Shown: positions 28,440 through 38,144 of the stretch, piece after piece
How the letters are laid out: each line of letters starts with the position of its first letter
Position numbering within the stretch: the first letter of the stretch is position 1
Assembly (NCBI GenBank): GCA_016223245.1
Contig: JACRPL010000016.1
Location: 1,128 to 65,127 of the forward strand
Length of the DNA: 64,000 bases
Direction of reading: 5' to 3'
DNA from: Candidatus Saganbacteria bacterium
GTDB lineage: Bacteria > Margulisbacteria > WOR-1 > XYC2-FULL-46-14 > XYC2-FULL-37-10
The notes under the pieces: generated by a model
The model's input: only the letters and a program-made list of their open reading frames with translations
What the model was told of the DNA's origin: nothing
Database searches by the model: none
Program-made: the position numbers and the translations under genes

Positions 28440-28902
28440 CCGCCACAAAATTATACGGCTGCCGCCATTCCCATGAGCATATTGAGCAGTTATCGCCGCA
28501 CCACATTCACCACACCGCAAAAGACCAACAAAAGGGAAATTATGGCCGCTTTTTGTTTTTCTAGGTTTTGAGTTATCTTTTAACACTTTTTGAACGGCTT
28601 CAAAAGTCGCTCGGGAAACAATTGGATCAAACTTGCCTTCGTAAGCTTCGCCGTTGTGGATTATCACAACTCAGGCGATCACTTAAACTTGCTAATGTAT
28701 GCTTGCCATCTGCAAATTCTTCAAAGGCCAATTTGATAATTCTTGCTTTCACTGGATCTGGATCAATGTTTCTAGTTTTGGGATTATTCACATAGCCAAG
28801 CGGAGCCAATCCATTCCATTCACCGCGCCTGAGTTTTTGACGTTTCCCGCGCTTCACATTTTCAGATAAGTTATCTGAATAATAAGAAATAAGGGAGGGC
28901 AT
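28440..28902 (-). pseudogene. Remnant of a large serine recombinase (recombinase domain plus zinc ribbon; catalytic N-domain missing; internal frameshift)
   Basis: ...YYSDNLSENVKRGKRQKLRRGEWNGLAPLGY... lies in ORF 28627..28902 and ...LLRCGECGAAI... in the shifted ORF 28209..28667. The remnant abuts the tRNA-Pro genes. Confidence 0.6.
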
Positions 28903-28910
28903 TATAATTC

Positions 28911-31900
28911 CTAATCAGAAGAAATCATCTGCTTATCAATTCCACCATATTGATTTATAAAAGATAATACTCGAAGACCGCCGTTCACTCCTTCTTCTGG
29001 AAGTTGAAGGATATTAGGATTTTCTTGGGCAATGGTTCTGGCACGTGTCCCAACATTTATACTTAAGGCCTCAGGAAAAGTCATAAGTAGTTCGCGATCA
29101 ATTTGATGTGTTCTGGCTGAATCAGCCATAATAAGCGTGCTAGTCATATCTATTCCTAAGGTATTTATGCAGAATCTAGCAGCATCTTCTTTGTGTTGTA
29201 ATACAACCTTAACGCTGGTCCTGCCAGCTTTATAGAGTTTTACTTCAATTCCGGTATCAGACAGCATTTCTCTCGCTTTTTCAATAAAGTGGTTTCTCGG
29301 ACTTTTAACATGGCGTAAATCTATTCGAAACTCCGGGTTAATGCGGGGCGTTCTTTGGTCTATTTCAAATTGACCCTTAAAATTCTTATCTAGTAAAGCT
29401 ATAACTCTTTGGCGAAAATCAGTAGTTATGCGACTTTTGCGATTATATTCTTCCAGATAAACTTTTGACCCCGCAGCATCAAAGGTAAATCCTCTGGTGG
29501 CACCATCAGAAAAGATCACTAGTCTATGGCGCAATGCTGCAGGAATATATTGAACAACCCTTTCATCAACATTAGCCTCAAGGTCTTCAGTTTCTAAAAT
29601 GAATCGTTTACCATTCCCAAGAATATCAAGTATTTGCTTAAGCATGCTACCGGAGAGATGCTCATCGGTTACGACTAATACTCCGTCAAGGTCAGCAATG
29701 ACATTATCAATTTTAGTAATTTTAGAAGGTTTATCTGTTTTTGTTTCTATTGCTACCCCTAACATGTTGGCTAGTTCCCTGTAATAAAAACGGGATAGAT
29801 TGGCAAACCTTTTTGATCTAACCACCCCGTATCCTTCTTGGTAAGCCAAGTGGAACTCTTTGAAGTGATCTTTATCATCAAAAAATGCAGGGGTATGTCT
29901 GTCACCATACATAAATTTTTGTCTTATTTGATGAGGAACTGCATCGGGTTCCGCGGCCGCTTGGACAAATATCACTGCCGGACCTTCTATTTTAGAAATG
30001 TCATCCAACCTGGCCGCTTGTGTATTCTTCTTTTTCCCCACTCGTAAATAAAGGTACTTATTGCCAGGGTACCAGAAATATAAACGATATGGCTGAGCCT
30101 CTTTAGGTTTATCTGCTTCCTTTTTTATGGTACTCACCAATTTGTTAAATCCATTTGTGCGGGTTAACCCATCCAAGAAATCTCTATCTTCTCCAAAATC
30201 CTCAGGAACCACATTGCCCAAGAGAGCCCTATTTAGTGCCATAAAATAATTACGGTAACCTTTAAAGGCATCCGGTATGTGCGGTGATGTCCTATGCGGA
30301 TCACTAACTGAAGTAGAAGCGTCAACTACGATGACAATCGGGTTTTGTTGAACCAATGTTCTTAATTGAGAAGAAGTAAAAAGATTAAGATTTAAAACAT
30401 ATTCATTAGTATGGCTTTCGGTGGAGCCAACTTTTGTACTTACAACCGGGATATTTGTACCTACAATTGTCTTCCTGCCATGCCGTTCCTGCAAAATTGG
30501 TGTTAAGGCTACCTCGCCATAAGAAAGATTTGCAACGACCATCACTTTTCGCCCAATTGTTTCAGCATGTTTTTGAATTTCAAGGATTTTTTCTCTTAGA
30601 AGATGTGCCTCATAAGCAACTGCGCGAACCTGAAGTTTCAGCTCTGTGGGAATATCTCTTCTATAGAAACGCCCTTTTTCGCCTTCTTCTACCATAACCA
30701 GATATTCTTCAAAGGTTAGTTCTTTTGGTGAAGATCCTTCCACCACTTTAATAGCATCAAAATAATTTAGGAGTAGGTGCAAGGGATTATTTTTATCAAA
30801 ACTACCATGTATAATTTCTCTTTCGGCTTCAAATGACGGAGAAATCGGCAATAAAGAGTCGAGCATGTTATGATCGGCCAAAACATTTAAGGCCTGGAAA
30901 AGCTTGTCCATTTTATTCCCAGCTATTTCTCTCAGCCCTTTTATGTCCCCAGGTTTAATTTTCTCCAATACTTTTGCATTTAAACTAGACGTAATTGCCT
31001 TTACATAATCCAAGTAACTCTTAACACGTTTTCTTTTCGTATCGTCAGGGAAATTTACCAGTATCATCCCACCAGGGCGGCTATTGTCCGTGAAATACTC
31101 ATATTCTTCAAAATAATCAATAAATTCTTTTATTAATACCAATTGTCCTATGCTTTCTGCCCCCCTAAGAAGCTCTGGCACAACATTTGATCCCAATGCC
31201 TTAGTTTCGCCCTTCCACCATTCCTCATCATGCGTAGGTAATTCGGGTAACAACGTCGCTTTTAAATAGGCCATTTCGTCCGTTATACTTTCATGAGACT
31301 TGCAAATAGCCGCAAGCAGTGCTTTTAACCCCATGTGCCACTCGCTCAATTCTTTCGTGCTTTTTGCTTTCGAGATTAATATAGAAAGAGCAGATTGAAC
31401 GTATGAACCAACAGCATCAGATGCGCCAAGGATAAACCAGCTATTGTTGTCATATATCCTAACTTCTTTATCAGCAATTATAGCTTTTGCTTCATTGTCC
31501 CATTCTTTCAGTTCCGCAGTGTTTTTTACCTTCCCAAGCAAAATTGGAAGTGTATACTCTAAGTGCCAATCGGGCGATCCAAATTTCTCAAAATAATCAA
31601 CAAGCAGGGTCATGATTTCTTTATTCCATTCTTCTAGTTCTTTAACATTTTCAACTTTTGAAAGCAAAACTTTCAAAAGTTTTACGCTGTCATTGATTAC
31701 ATCCTCAATTCTAGAAAGGGAAGATTTTTCGAATTTTTGAAAATAATCAGTAATCAGTAATAGAATTTCTCTGTTCCATTCTTTTAATTCATCAAAGCTT
31801 TTTACCTTCCCAACTAAAATGGGAAGAACTTCTTTTGCATAGGTATCGGCCGTAAATAGTTGACGGCAATCAGCAACCAGAGACTTTATGCTTTTTAATT

Positions 31901-33644
31901 CTTCAATACTTCCTACCGCTTTAATTAAAGTTAGAAGGGCGCTATTTTTGTAAATATACGGCTCTCCAGCAATCAGGGATAGGATTTCTTTACTCCATTC
32001 TTTTAACTCCTCGATGCTTTTCACCTTTTCAAGTAAAGCGGGAAGAATTTCTTTTATATAATGATCGGACTTTTCGTTGGGTGGCCAATGATATTCTGGA
32101 CCAAGTAAATTAATAAGTCTGAATACAAGATTCATTGTTTCATAATTTGTTTTATTCTTTTCTTTAATAATTTCGGGCCACAATTTAGATAACTTTTGAG
32201 ATGCAATCCGGGATATAGTCTGAGCACATGATCTCTCCATCTCTTCTCTTTGTGCTTCTTTTTCTTTACTACCCCATAAGTCGCCAATAATTCTGAAAAG
32301 CCCAACTTCGATTGGTGCATATTTCATTAATGTTGGTTTGCTATCTCTTGTTGCATGGAATTCAAGGCTGATATATTGCTTTGAAAATTCAATAAATTCT
32401 TCTACATTTGAAAATTCATCGGCGTTCCTGCTCGCTATTTTAATCTTTAGTGCTTCTATTAGCCGATTCCTAATTTGTTCCCCATCTTCATGATCGTAAA
32501 GGGCAATTTGAAGCCATAGATAAGCCAATAAATATGACACCTCGATGTTTTCACCGCTTAATAGATACGGCAATAAATTATAAAATAGAGGCCTACAAAT
32601 AGTAGCAAGCTTATCTTTTTTGCTATTTTCCTTACAGATGTACGCAAAGGTAATAAATGCTCTCTCTGATAATAATGGTGCATTAAGTGCTAGTGTTTTT
32701 AAAAATTCAAGACATTCTTCTGAACTGCTTTCAAGCATAAAAAGACCTAACGTCTGGATGAAAAATCCATTTTCTTTAAGATTTGGCTTACCAGCGGCTT
32801 CTTTAATCAATATCCCGGCAAATTCTGCTTTTTGCTCAGGGCTGATATTATGATAAATATAAGACATAATATTGTAAATATCTTTATTAATTTCACGAAA
32901 TATATCCCGATGATATCCGCATGAATCTAACGGCATAACGATCCCTAGCTCAAGTATCTTTCTTGCAAATTCTATTTTTTGGTCAGAAGGGAGATTATAT
33001 GCAATCTGATGCATAAGATATGTCAGCCCCTTCTCGATAGATAGGAAGGGAATGCCTAATTTCCCCTTTGTTTTTTCGCCAAAGCCTGCATATAAAAGAC
33101 GATTCCAACAAAACTCTTTCGTAAACTTGAGAAAATCAATCAAAGTCCCTGCAAGTAAAAAGCTTTTTCCTGTGCTGAGAAAAGGCATAACCCTACTTAT
33201 CTTAATCATGTTTTGATAGATCTTTAGATGTGTTTTTAATGCAATCTTGTCTTGAGATGAGTGATATAATTCTTTATCTCCAACCTTTGCAAGCAATTCT
33301 TGCAATCTTCCGATCAGTCTCAGCCCTTTTCTTTCTTTGCCGAAAGGCAAACTCAAGCATTGAGAAGTAAATGTTTCTGGGATTACGCTAAGGTCAAATG
33401 CTATGTTTGTTGCCTCTTTTACTCGGATTGGGTTAATTTTCAGTCTTCCAGTAAATCTACATAGAACATCTCTTCCCTTTAGTGCAGTCATGGTTTCATC
33501 AACCAAATGAGTTCTTTCAGCTTCTGTCTGAGCAACGGAAGATTTAATTAGAGCATTTCTTAAAAAAGGATTACCTCTTCCAAAATGATAGCCAATAAAG
33601 CCGCGTGTTCGATAAAAGATAGGGCTACTGACCATTTTTAACAT
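28911..33644 (-). CDS. Giant (1577 aa) multidomain hypothetical protein with an N-terminal helical-repeat region, a central alpha/beta domain of unknown function and a C-terminal HAD-like domain
   Basis: There is a five-fold tandem repeat of about 38 aa (KVKSxEELKEWxKEIxxLIxDYFxKF). The C-terminal region carries VIADLDGVLVV, resembling HAD motif I, and IFSDGATRG, resembling Cof-type motif II. Its DNA is AT-rich relative to its neighbours. Confidence 0.5.
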   Translation of the reverse strand: MLKMVSSPIFYRTRGFIGYHFGRGNPFLRNALIKSSVAQTEAERTHLVDETMTALKGRDVLCRFTGRLKINPIRVKEATNIAFDLSVIPETFTSQCLSLPFGKERKGLRLIGRLQELLAKVGDKELYHSSQDKIALKTHLKIYQNMIKISRVMPFLSTGKSFLLAGTLIDFLKFTKEFCWNRLLYAGFGEKTKGKLGIPFLSIEKGLTYLMHQIAYNLPSDQKIEFARKILELGIVMPLDSCGYHRDIFREINKDIYNIMSYIYHNISPEQKAEFAGILIKEAAGKPNLKENGFFIQTLGLFMLESSSEECLEFLKTLALNAPLLSERAFITFAYICKENSKKDKLATICRPLFYNLLPYLLSGENIEVSYLLAYLWLQIALYDHEDGEQIRNRLIEALKIKIASRNADEFSNVEEFIEFSKQYISLEFHATRDSKPTLMKYAPIEVGLFRIIGDLWGSKEKEAQREEMERSCAQTISRIASQKLSKLWPEIIKEKNKTNYETMNLVFRLINLLGPEYHWPPNEKSDHYIKEILPALLEKVKSIEELKEWSKEILSLIAGEPYIYKNSALLTLIKAVGSIEELKSIKSLVADCRQLFTADTYAKEVLPILVGKVKSFDELKEWNREILLLITDYFQKFEKSSLSRIEDVINDSVKLLKVLLSKVENVKELEEWNKEIMTLLVDYFEKFGSPDWHLEYTLPILLGKVKNTAELKEWDNEAKAIIADKEVRIYDNNSWFILGASDAVGSYVQSALSILISKAKSTKELSEWHMGLKALLAAICKSHESITDEMAYLKATLLPELPTHDEEWWKGETKALGSNVVPELLRGAESIGQLVLIKEFIDYFEEYEYFTDNSRPGGMILVNFPDDTKRKRVKSYLDYVKAITSSLNAKVLEKIKPGDIKGLREIAGNKMDKLFQALNVLADHNMLDSLLPISPSFEAEREIIHGSFDKNNPLHLLLNYFDAIKVVEGSSPKELTFEEYLVMVEEGEKGRFYRRDIPTELKLQVRAVAYEAHLLREKILEIQKHAETIGRKVMVVANLSYGEVALTPILQERHGRKTIVGTNIPVVSTKVGSTESHTNEYVLNLNLFTSSQLRTLVQQNPIVIVVDASTSVSDPHRTSPHIPDAFKGYRNYFMALNRALLGNVVPEDFGEDRDFLDGLTRTNGFNKLVSTIKKEADKPKEAQPYRLYFWYPGNKYLYLRVGKKKNTQAARLDDISKIEGPAVIFVQAAAEPDAVPHQIRQKFMYGDRHTPAFFDDKDHFKEFHLAYQEGYGVVRSKRFANLSRFYYRELANMLGVAIETKTDKPSKITKIDNVIADLDGVLVVTDEHLSGSMLKQILDILGNGKRFILETEDLEANVDERVVQYIPAALRHRLVIFSDGATRGFTFDAAGSKVYLEEYNRKSRITTDFRQRVIALLDKNFKGQFEIDQRTPRINPEFRIDLRHVKSPRNHFIEKAREMLSDTGIEVKLYKAGRTSVKVVLQHKEDAARFCINTLGIDMTSTLIMADSARTHQIDRELLMTFPEALSINVGTRARTIAQENPNILQLPEEGVNGGLRVLSFINQYGGIDKQMISSD

Positions 33645-33882
33645 CTCCCTTTAAAAATAGACAACACGAGTTCAATAAGCAAGTATATACTGTGCTGATT
33701 TATTTTACATCCTTTTCTGTCGACCCTCTCAGCGGACCCACATATACATCGTGAAATTTCTGCCGAAATTTCAATATTTTTCTATAACTCTCTTTGGTAT
33801 TTGTGTTCAACGTTTTAAAAAGTGGGAATGAAGATATAAAGCGCCGCGTGGGAATTATTGGCTTGCTATCGTCCTGTTGACT

Positions 33883-34110
33883 TTAATGGGTGTTCCTTTT
33901 CTTCTTTTTAGGCACAAATTCCAGAATATCCCCAACGGAGCAGTCTAATAAGGCGCAGAGTTTTTCCAGCGTCTCAAATTTAATGCCGGAAACTTCCTCA
34001 TTGTAAAGACTAGATAGGGTATTTGGATTTATTCCTGTTTTTCTGGCAATCTCAGCGGCGCGCATTTTTCGCTCCCCTAGCAATTTCCCCAAATGAATTT
34101 TTATTGGCAT
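33883..34110 (-). CDS. XRE-family helix-turn-helix transcriptional regulator
   Basis: It has a Cro/C1-type HTH (MRAAEIARKTGINPNTLSSLYNEE) and is 75 aa. Confidence 0.7.
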   Translation of the reverse strand: MPIKIHLGKLLGERKMRAAEIARKTGINPNTLSSLYNEEVSGIKFETLEKLCALLDCSVGDILEFVPKKKKRNTH

Positions 34111-34206
34111 TCCCCCTTTTCCTTTGTTGTTATCAAATTATACGCCCACAATAATACTTCAGTCAAATGCAATAATAGAAAGTACCATTTTGGGCATAAA
34201 AAGCTC

Positions 34207-34236
34207 TTGACATTTATACTACTATATTGGTATAAT
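34207..34236 (+). promoter_or_regulatory. Near-consensus sigma70 promoter (TTGACA-N18-TATAAT) upstream of the DprA-like gene
   Basis: The sequence ttgacatttatactactatattggtataat is present, with the ATG at 34275. Confidence 0.5.
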
Positions 34237-34274
34237 ATATTATCGGAAGCATATAAATATGGAGGGGGGTAGAT

Positions 34275-34835
34275 ATGAAATGTGTTGGTATCGAGGGTTC
34301 AAGAAGTCTGCCAGATAATTTTCGCTTTCATGTTCGCGAGGTTGTTTCACATCTTCTGGCAAAAGGGTGTTACATAAATTCTGGCGGCGCAATGGGAGCT
34401 GATTCATATGTAATTGCCGCGCTTCTCAGATACGGCAAGGCATACAGAGGAGTGATCTATTCGGCATGGAGTTATTTCTCTGGTTTTCCCTATTCGGTAA
34501 GGCAGGAAATCGGCGAGTTCGCCAAAAGAGGCGGGAGAATAGATTGGGGTACGGTTCAGCCCGACCCGATGGGAAAAGAAGTAATCGCTGGTCTTTTGGG
34601 AAGAAATAGAAAATTAGTGCAAAATTCTGATGCGCTAATTGCGTATTTTTATGGAGAATCCAGAGGAACAATATATACGATAAGGGAAGCAAGAAAAAAG
34701 AACCTCCCGATAATTGTTTTTGTTTGCGATCCTGTTTCATCCCGATTATATCAAAATCTCGACAGACAAATCGGTGGCCAAATCAAAATCTTCGAGATCA
34801 GCACACAATCTATGCCGGATAAACTTTTTGTTTGA
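34275..34835 (+). CDS. Short DprA/Smf-like Rossmann-fold (SLOG-family, DUF2493-like) protein
   Basis: It has GIEGSRSLP..., SGGAMGADSYVIAALL and LLGRNRKLVQNSDALIAYF...TIYTIREARKKNLPIIVF, which match the DprA core motifs. Confidence 0.55.
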   Translation: MKCVGIEGSRSLPDNFRFHVREVVSHLLAKGCYINSGGAMGADSYVIAALLRYGKAYRGVIYSAWSYFSGFPYSVRQEIGEFAKRGGRIDWGTVQPDPMGKEVIAGLLGRNRKLVQNSDALIAYFYGESRGTIYTIREARKKNLPIIVFVCDPVSSRLYQNLDRQIGGQIKIFEISTQSMPDKLFV

Positions 34836-35536
34836 TGAATATTGTAAAATCGCTTATAATAATGTTTGTTCTCAGCCAGAGGCTGATCCGCCTTTGGCGG
34901 AAAAATAGGTTCGAGCATCGTTCAGTATGTTCGATGTGCCTTTTTCATGGTATAATAACAATTATGTTCATTCCCCATGACACTCACGGGAAGCCAATTC
35001 GCTTCGCGATCCTACTTATTGTCGTATTTGCCGCTTTATTTTCATTTTACGGCTTAAAAGAAACCCGGGACAAGCAGCAGACAAGAGAACTTGAAGCAAA
35101 GGTCAAGAAGATCCAAAAAAAGCTCGATTCAACCCCTTCCGGCTGGCCGTTGCGCGGCGCGATCAATTCCGGATATGGATATCGGTATTCCCCATGGCGC
35201 GGAATGCATACAGGCATAGATATCAAGGCATCATATGGGGATCCTGTCAGGGCTACTGCCCCAGGCTTTGTTTCTTATTCGGGATGGATGCAGGGTTATG
35301 GGAAAACCGTAGAGATCGACCATAAAAATGGTTTCAAAACTTTGTACGGGCATAATAGCGTACTCGCTGTCAATGTCGGAGAAAAGATTGAGAAAGAGCA
35401 AATTATTTCTTATGTCGGCCTGACCGGCTTTTCAACCGGAGCCCATCTGCATTATGAAGTCAGGAAATATGAAAGCCCGATCAATCCGGTCGCTTTCTTA
35501 AACTTAAGCGTATTATCTGCCGGCAAGTATTTCTGA
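34832..35536 (+). CDS. M23-family metallopeptidase (LytM-like); exact start uncertain
   Basis: It has HTGIDIKASYGDPV, YGKTVEIDHKNGFKTLYGHNS and GAHLHYEV. Confidence 0.75.
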   Translation: MMNIVKSLIIMFVLSQRLIRLWRKNRFEHRSVCSMCLFHGIITIMFIPHDTHGKPIRFAILLIVVFAALFSFYGLKETRDKQQTRELEAKVKKIQKKLDSTPSGWPLRGAINSGYGYRYSPWRGMHTGIDIKASYGDPVRATAPGFVSYSGWMQGYGKTVEIDHKNGFKTLYGHNSVLAVNVGEKIEKEQIISYVGLTGFSTGAHLHYEVRKYESPINPVAFLNLSVLSAGKYF

Positions 35537-35539
35537 TCG

Positions 35540-36241
35540 ATGGGAACCCTGTATATTGTTGCAACGCCTATCGGCAACCTTGAAGATATAACTTTCCGCG
35601 CGGTCAGGCTCCTCTCCGAAGTTGATCTAATTGCCGCAGAAGATACAAGAAAAACAAAGATACTCCTTGATCGGTATAATATCAACAAACCTCTTACTTC
35701 TTATCATAAATTCAATATCAGGACAAAAACCAGCCATATTATTGGATTATTGAATGAAGGGAAAAATATCGCGTTGGTGTCCGATGCCGGAAGCCCTGGG
35801 ATCTCGGACCCGGGATTTGAGCTTATCAGGGAATCAGTTAATCAGGGCATCAATGTTGTTCCAATACCCGGGCCATCAGCTGTGATTACCGCTCTTTCAG
35901 TGTCCGGTTTAAATACCGACAAATTTATTTTCTTGGGATTTCTTCCGAGAAAACCGGGGAAGCAAAGAAAAATATTTACCGGATTGATTAATTTCGACGG
36001 AACGATTATAATCTATGAGTCGCCGTTCAGGGCCGTTAAGACTTTAAAAGAAATACTTAATATTTTTGGCGACAGGAATGTTGTCGTGGCGCGTGAGCTT
36101 ACAAAAAAATTCGAGGAGGTGGTGCGAGGGAAAATATCACATGTTTTGGGACACTTTACTGCGAAAGATGTTCGCGGCGAAGTTACGGTCTTGATCGAAG
36201 GAAAACGATCCAAGCAAGCGGCTCAATCGGGAGAGATATAA
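35540..36241 (+). CDS. rsmI: 16S rRNA (cytidine1402-2'-O)-methyltransferase
   Basis: It has the N-terminal tetrapyrrole-methylase-like motif GTLYIVATPIGNLEDITFRA and DLIAAEDTR. Confidence 0.8.
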   Translation: MGTLYIVATPIGNLEDITFRAVRLLSEVDLIAAEDTRKTKILLDRYNINKPLTSYHKFNIRTKTSHIIGLLNEGKNIALVSDAGSPGISDPGFELIRESVNQGINVVPIPGPSAVITALSVSGLNTDKFIFLGFLPRKPGKQRKIFTGLINFDGTIIIYESPFRAVKTLKEILNIFGDRNVVVARELTKKFEEVVRGKISHVLGHFTAKDVRGEVTVLIEGKRSKQAAQSGEI

Positions 36242-36314
36242 ACGGTACGCAGGTTCTAATCCTGCCTTGCGTGGAATAGAGTAACCCGGAGCTCTACTTA
36301 TAAGGAGTAGAGTT

Positions 36315-38141
36315 GTGAAAAAAGTTATTAGGTTGGTTTTGTGTCTCTGTGTCGCTATGTCTCTATGTCCAATGGTTAATGCTATCGAGCTTCCCTCCTT
36401 TTACAGCGAAGAAATCGTTGTTACCGCTGCAAGGATGCTTCAGCTCAAAACAAGCATTCCGTGGAGCGTTTCGATAATAAACAGCGATGACCTCAGATTG
36501 AAGGGCGCGAAATACTTATCGGATGCCTTGAACGGAGAAATTGGGACAGATATTGTCAACTATGGGGGCCTGGGCGCCCTCTCTTCTGTAAGGCTTAGGG
36601 GCTCTTCATCCCAGCAAGTTTTGATCCTGGTTGATGGAAAACGAGTGAATTCGCCATTGAACGGCGGAGCTAACCTTTCGAATTATCCAGTGGATGAGAT
36701 CGAGAAGATAGAGGTTGTCCGAACGCCTCTTTCGGCGGTTTATGGGGCGGATGCGGTGGGCGGGGTAGTTAATATAATCACAAAGAAGCCGGTTGGCGGG
36801 GAAAAAGCCGTAATTGTTTCTCTGGGTTCTTTTAACGAACAGAAAATCAGGTTGTCTTATAATTATTCCGATGATAAATGGCGAACATATTTTAATGCCG
36901 GACTAAACAGGGCTGACGGATCCCGCGCTAACAGCCAATTTGCGGAATCGGATTATAATGTAAAACTCAGCAGGCTTCTAACCGATATAACTGATCTTGA
37001 ACTGGAGTATTCCAATTTCTCAGCCGATAAAAGGATTCCCGGATCGGCATCTTCCCCTTCGCCAAACGCGTTGCAGGAAGACAGGAATAACATCCTTGGT
37101 GTTTCGCTTAGGTCTTCGCCCGACCCAAAATCAAGCTATCTTGCAAAGATTTATCAAAGGGGAGAAAACAGCCGTTACAAAGATCCCAATCAATTAACCG
37201 ACAACCCCTATCAGGCAATAATTTCAGGAATTGAAATTGAAAAGCGCGCGGATAAATTAGTCGTTGGGATTGATGCAAGGCAGGACGCCGCGGACGGCAG
37301 CGCAATTTCAGGTTATAAAGCAGTCAGGAATATAGCGATATTCGCTGAAAATACTTTTGGTCCGTTGTCGCTTGGGTTAAGGGAGGATTTGCATTCAACT
37401 TTTGGCTCAATTTTAACGCCGAGAGCCGGAGTCGTAAAGCAAATAAACCAAAATACTTCTATTTCATTAGCATATTCCGGCGCATTCAGAGCTCCTGTCT
37501 TAAACGAGCTTTACGGCAATTATCCCGCTTATTACGCAGGAGGGCTCCCCTATCTGGGGAATCCCAATCTTAAGCCGGAAAAAGGGTATTTAGCTGAAAT
37601 TTCAGTCGAATACTCTCAACAAGCCCGCATAACCGTATTTTCTGGAAAAACTTCCGATCTTATAACGCCCAGCTGGCCGGTTAATGCTTCGTTTACGGCT
37701 TATTCTCCAGTAAATCTCAATTCTATCACCCGGCAGGGAATAGAGCTCGAGTATAAACAAGCAATTACCCCATTGCTAAGAAGTGTTTTTAATTATACGT
37801 ATCAAAATTGCGTAGACGACAGCAACGGAGATAAAATTGTTTACCTGCCGAACAATAAAGCCAATCTGAGTTTGTTGATTGGCGATAGTATTGGTGGTGG
37901 AAGTTTCGTTGCCAAATATGTAGGGGAAAGACCTTATTTTGCTTACCCTGCACCAACTTATGCGGCAACTAAAGCCCTTTTACCAGACTTTTCTACAGTA
38001 GATCTTCATTTGTTTAGGAAAATAGGGATGGCAGAAGCTTATTTGGGAGTCGAGAACCTTTTTGATAGAAGCTATCAGTTGATAGCCGATTATCCTCAGC
38101 CTGGTCGGAGATTTTCATTTGGAATGAAATATGGGTTTTAG
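36315..38141 (+). CDS. TonB-dependent outer-membrane receptor
   Basis: It has a signal peptide and a plug domain (EEIVVTAAR...; [28 protein letters not shown]), and the barrel ends with a terminal F. Confidence 0.8.
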   Translation: [608 protein letters not shown]

Positions 38142-38144
38142 ACA

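Noticed and set aside
28214-28571. Plus-strand ORFs of 116 and 89 aa across the tRNA-Pro pair
   Set aside because: They overlap two cloverleaf-validated tRNAs and the recombinase remnant, and their translations are tRNA-sequence artefacts.
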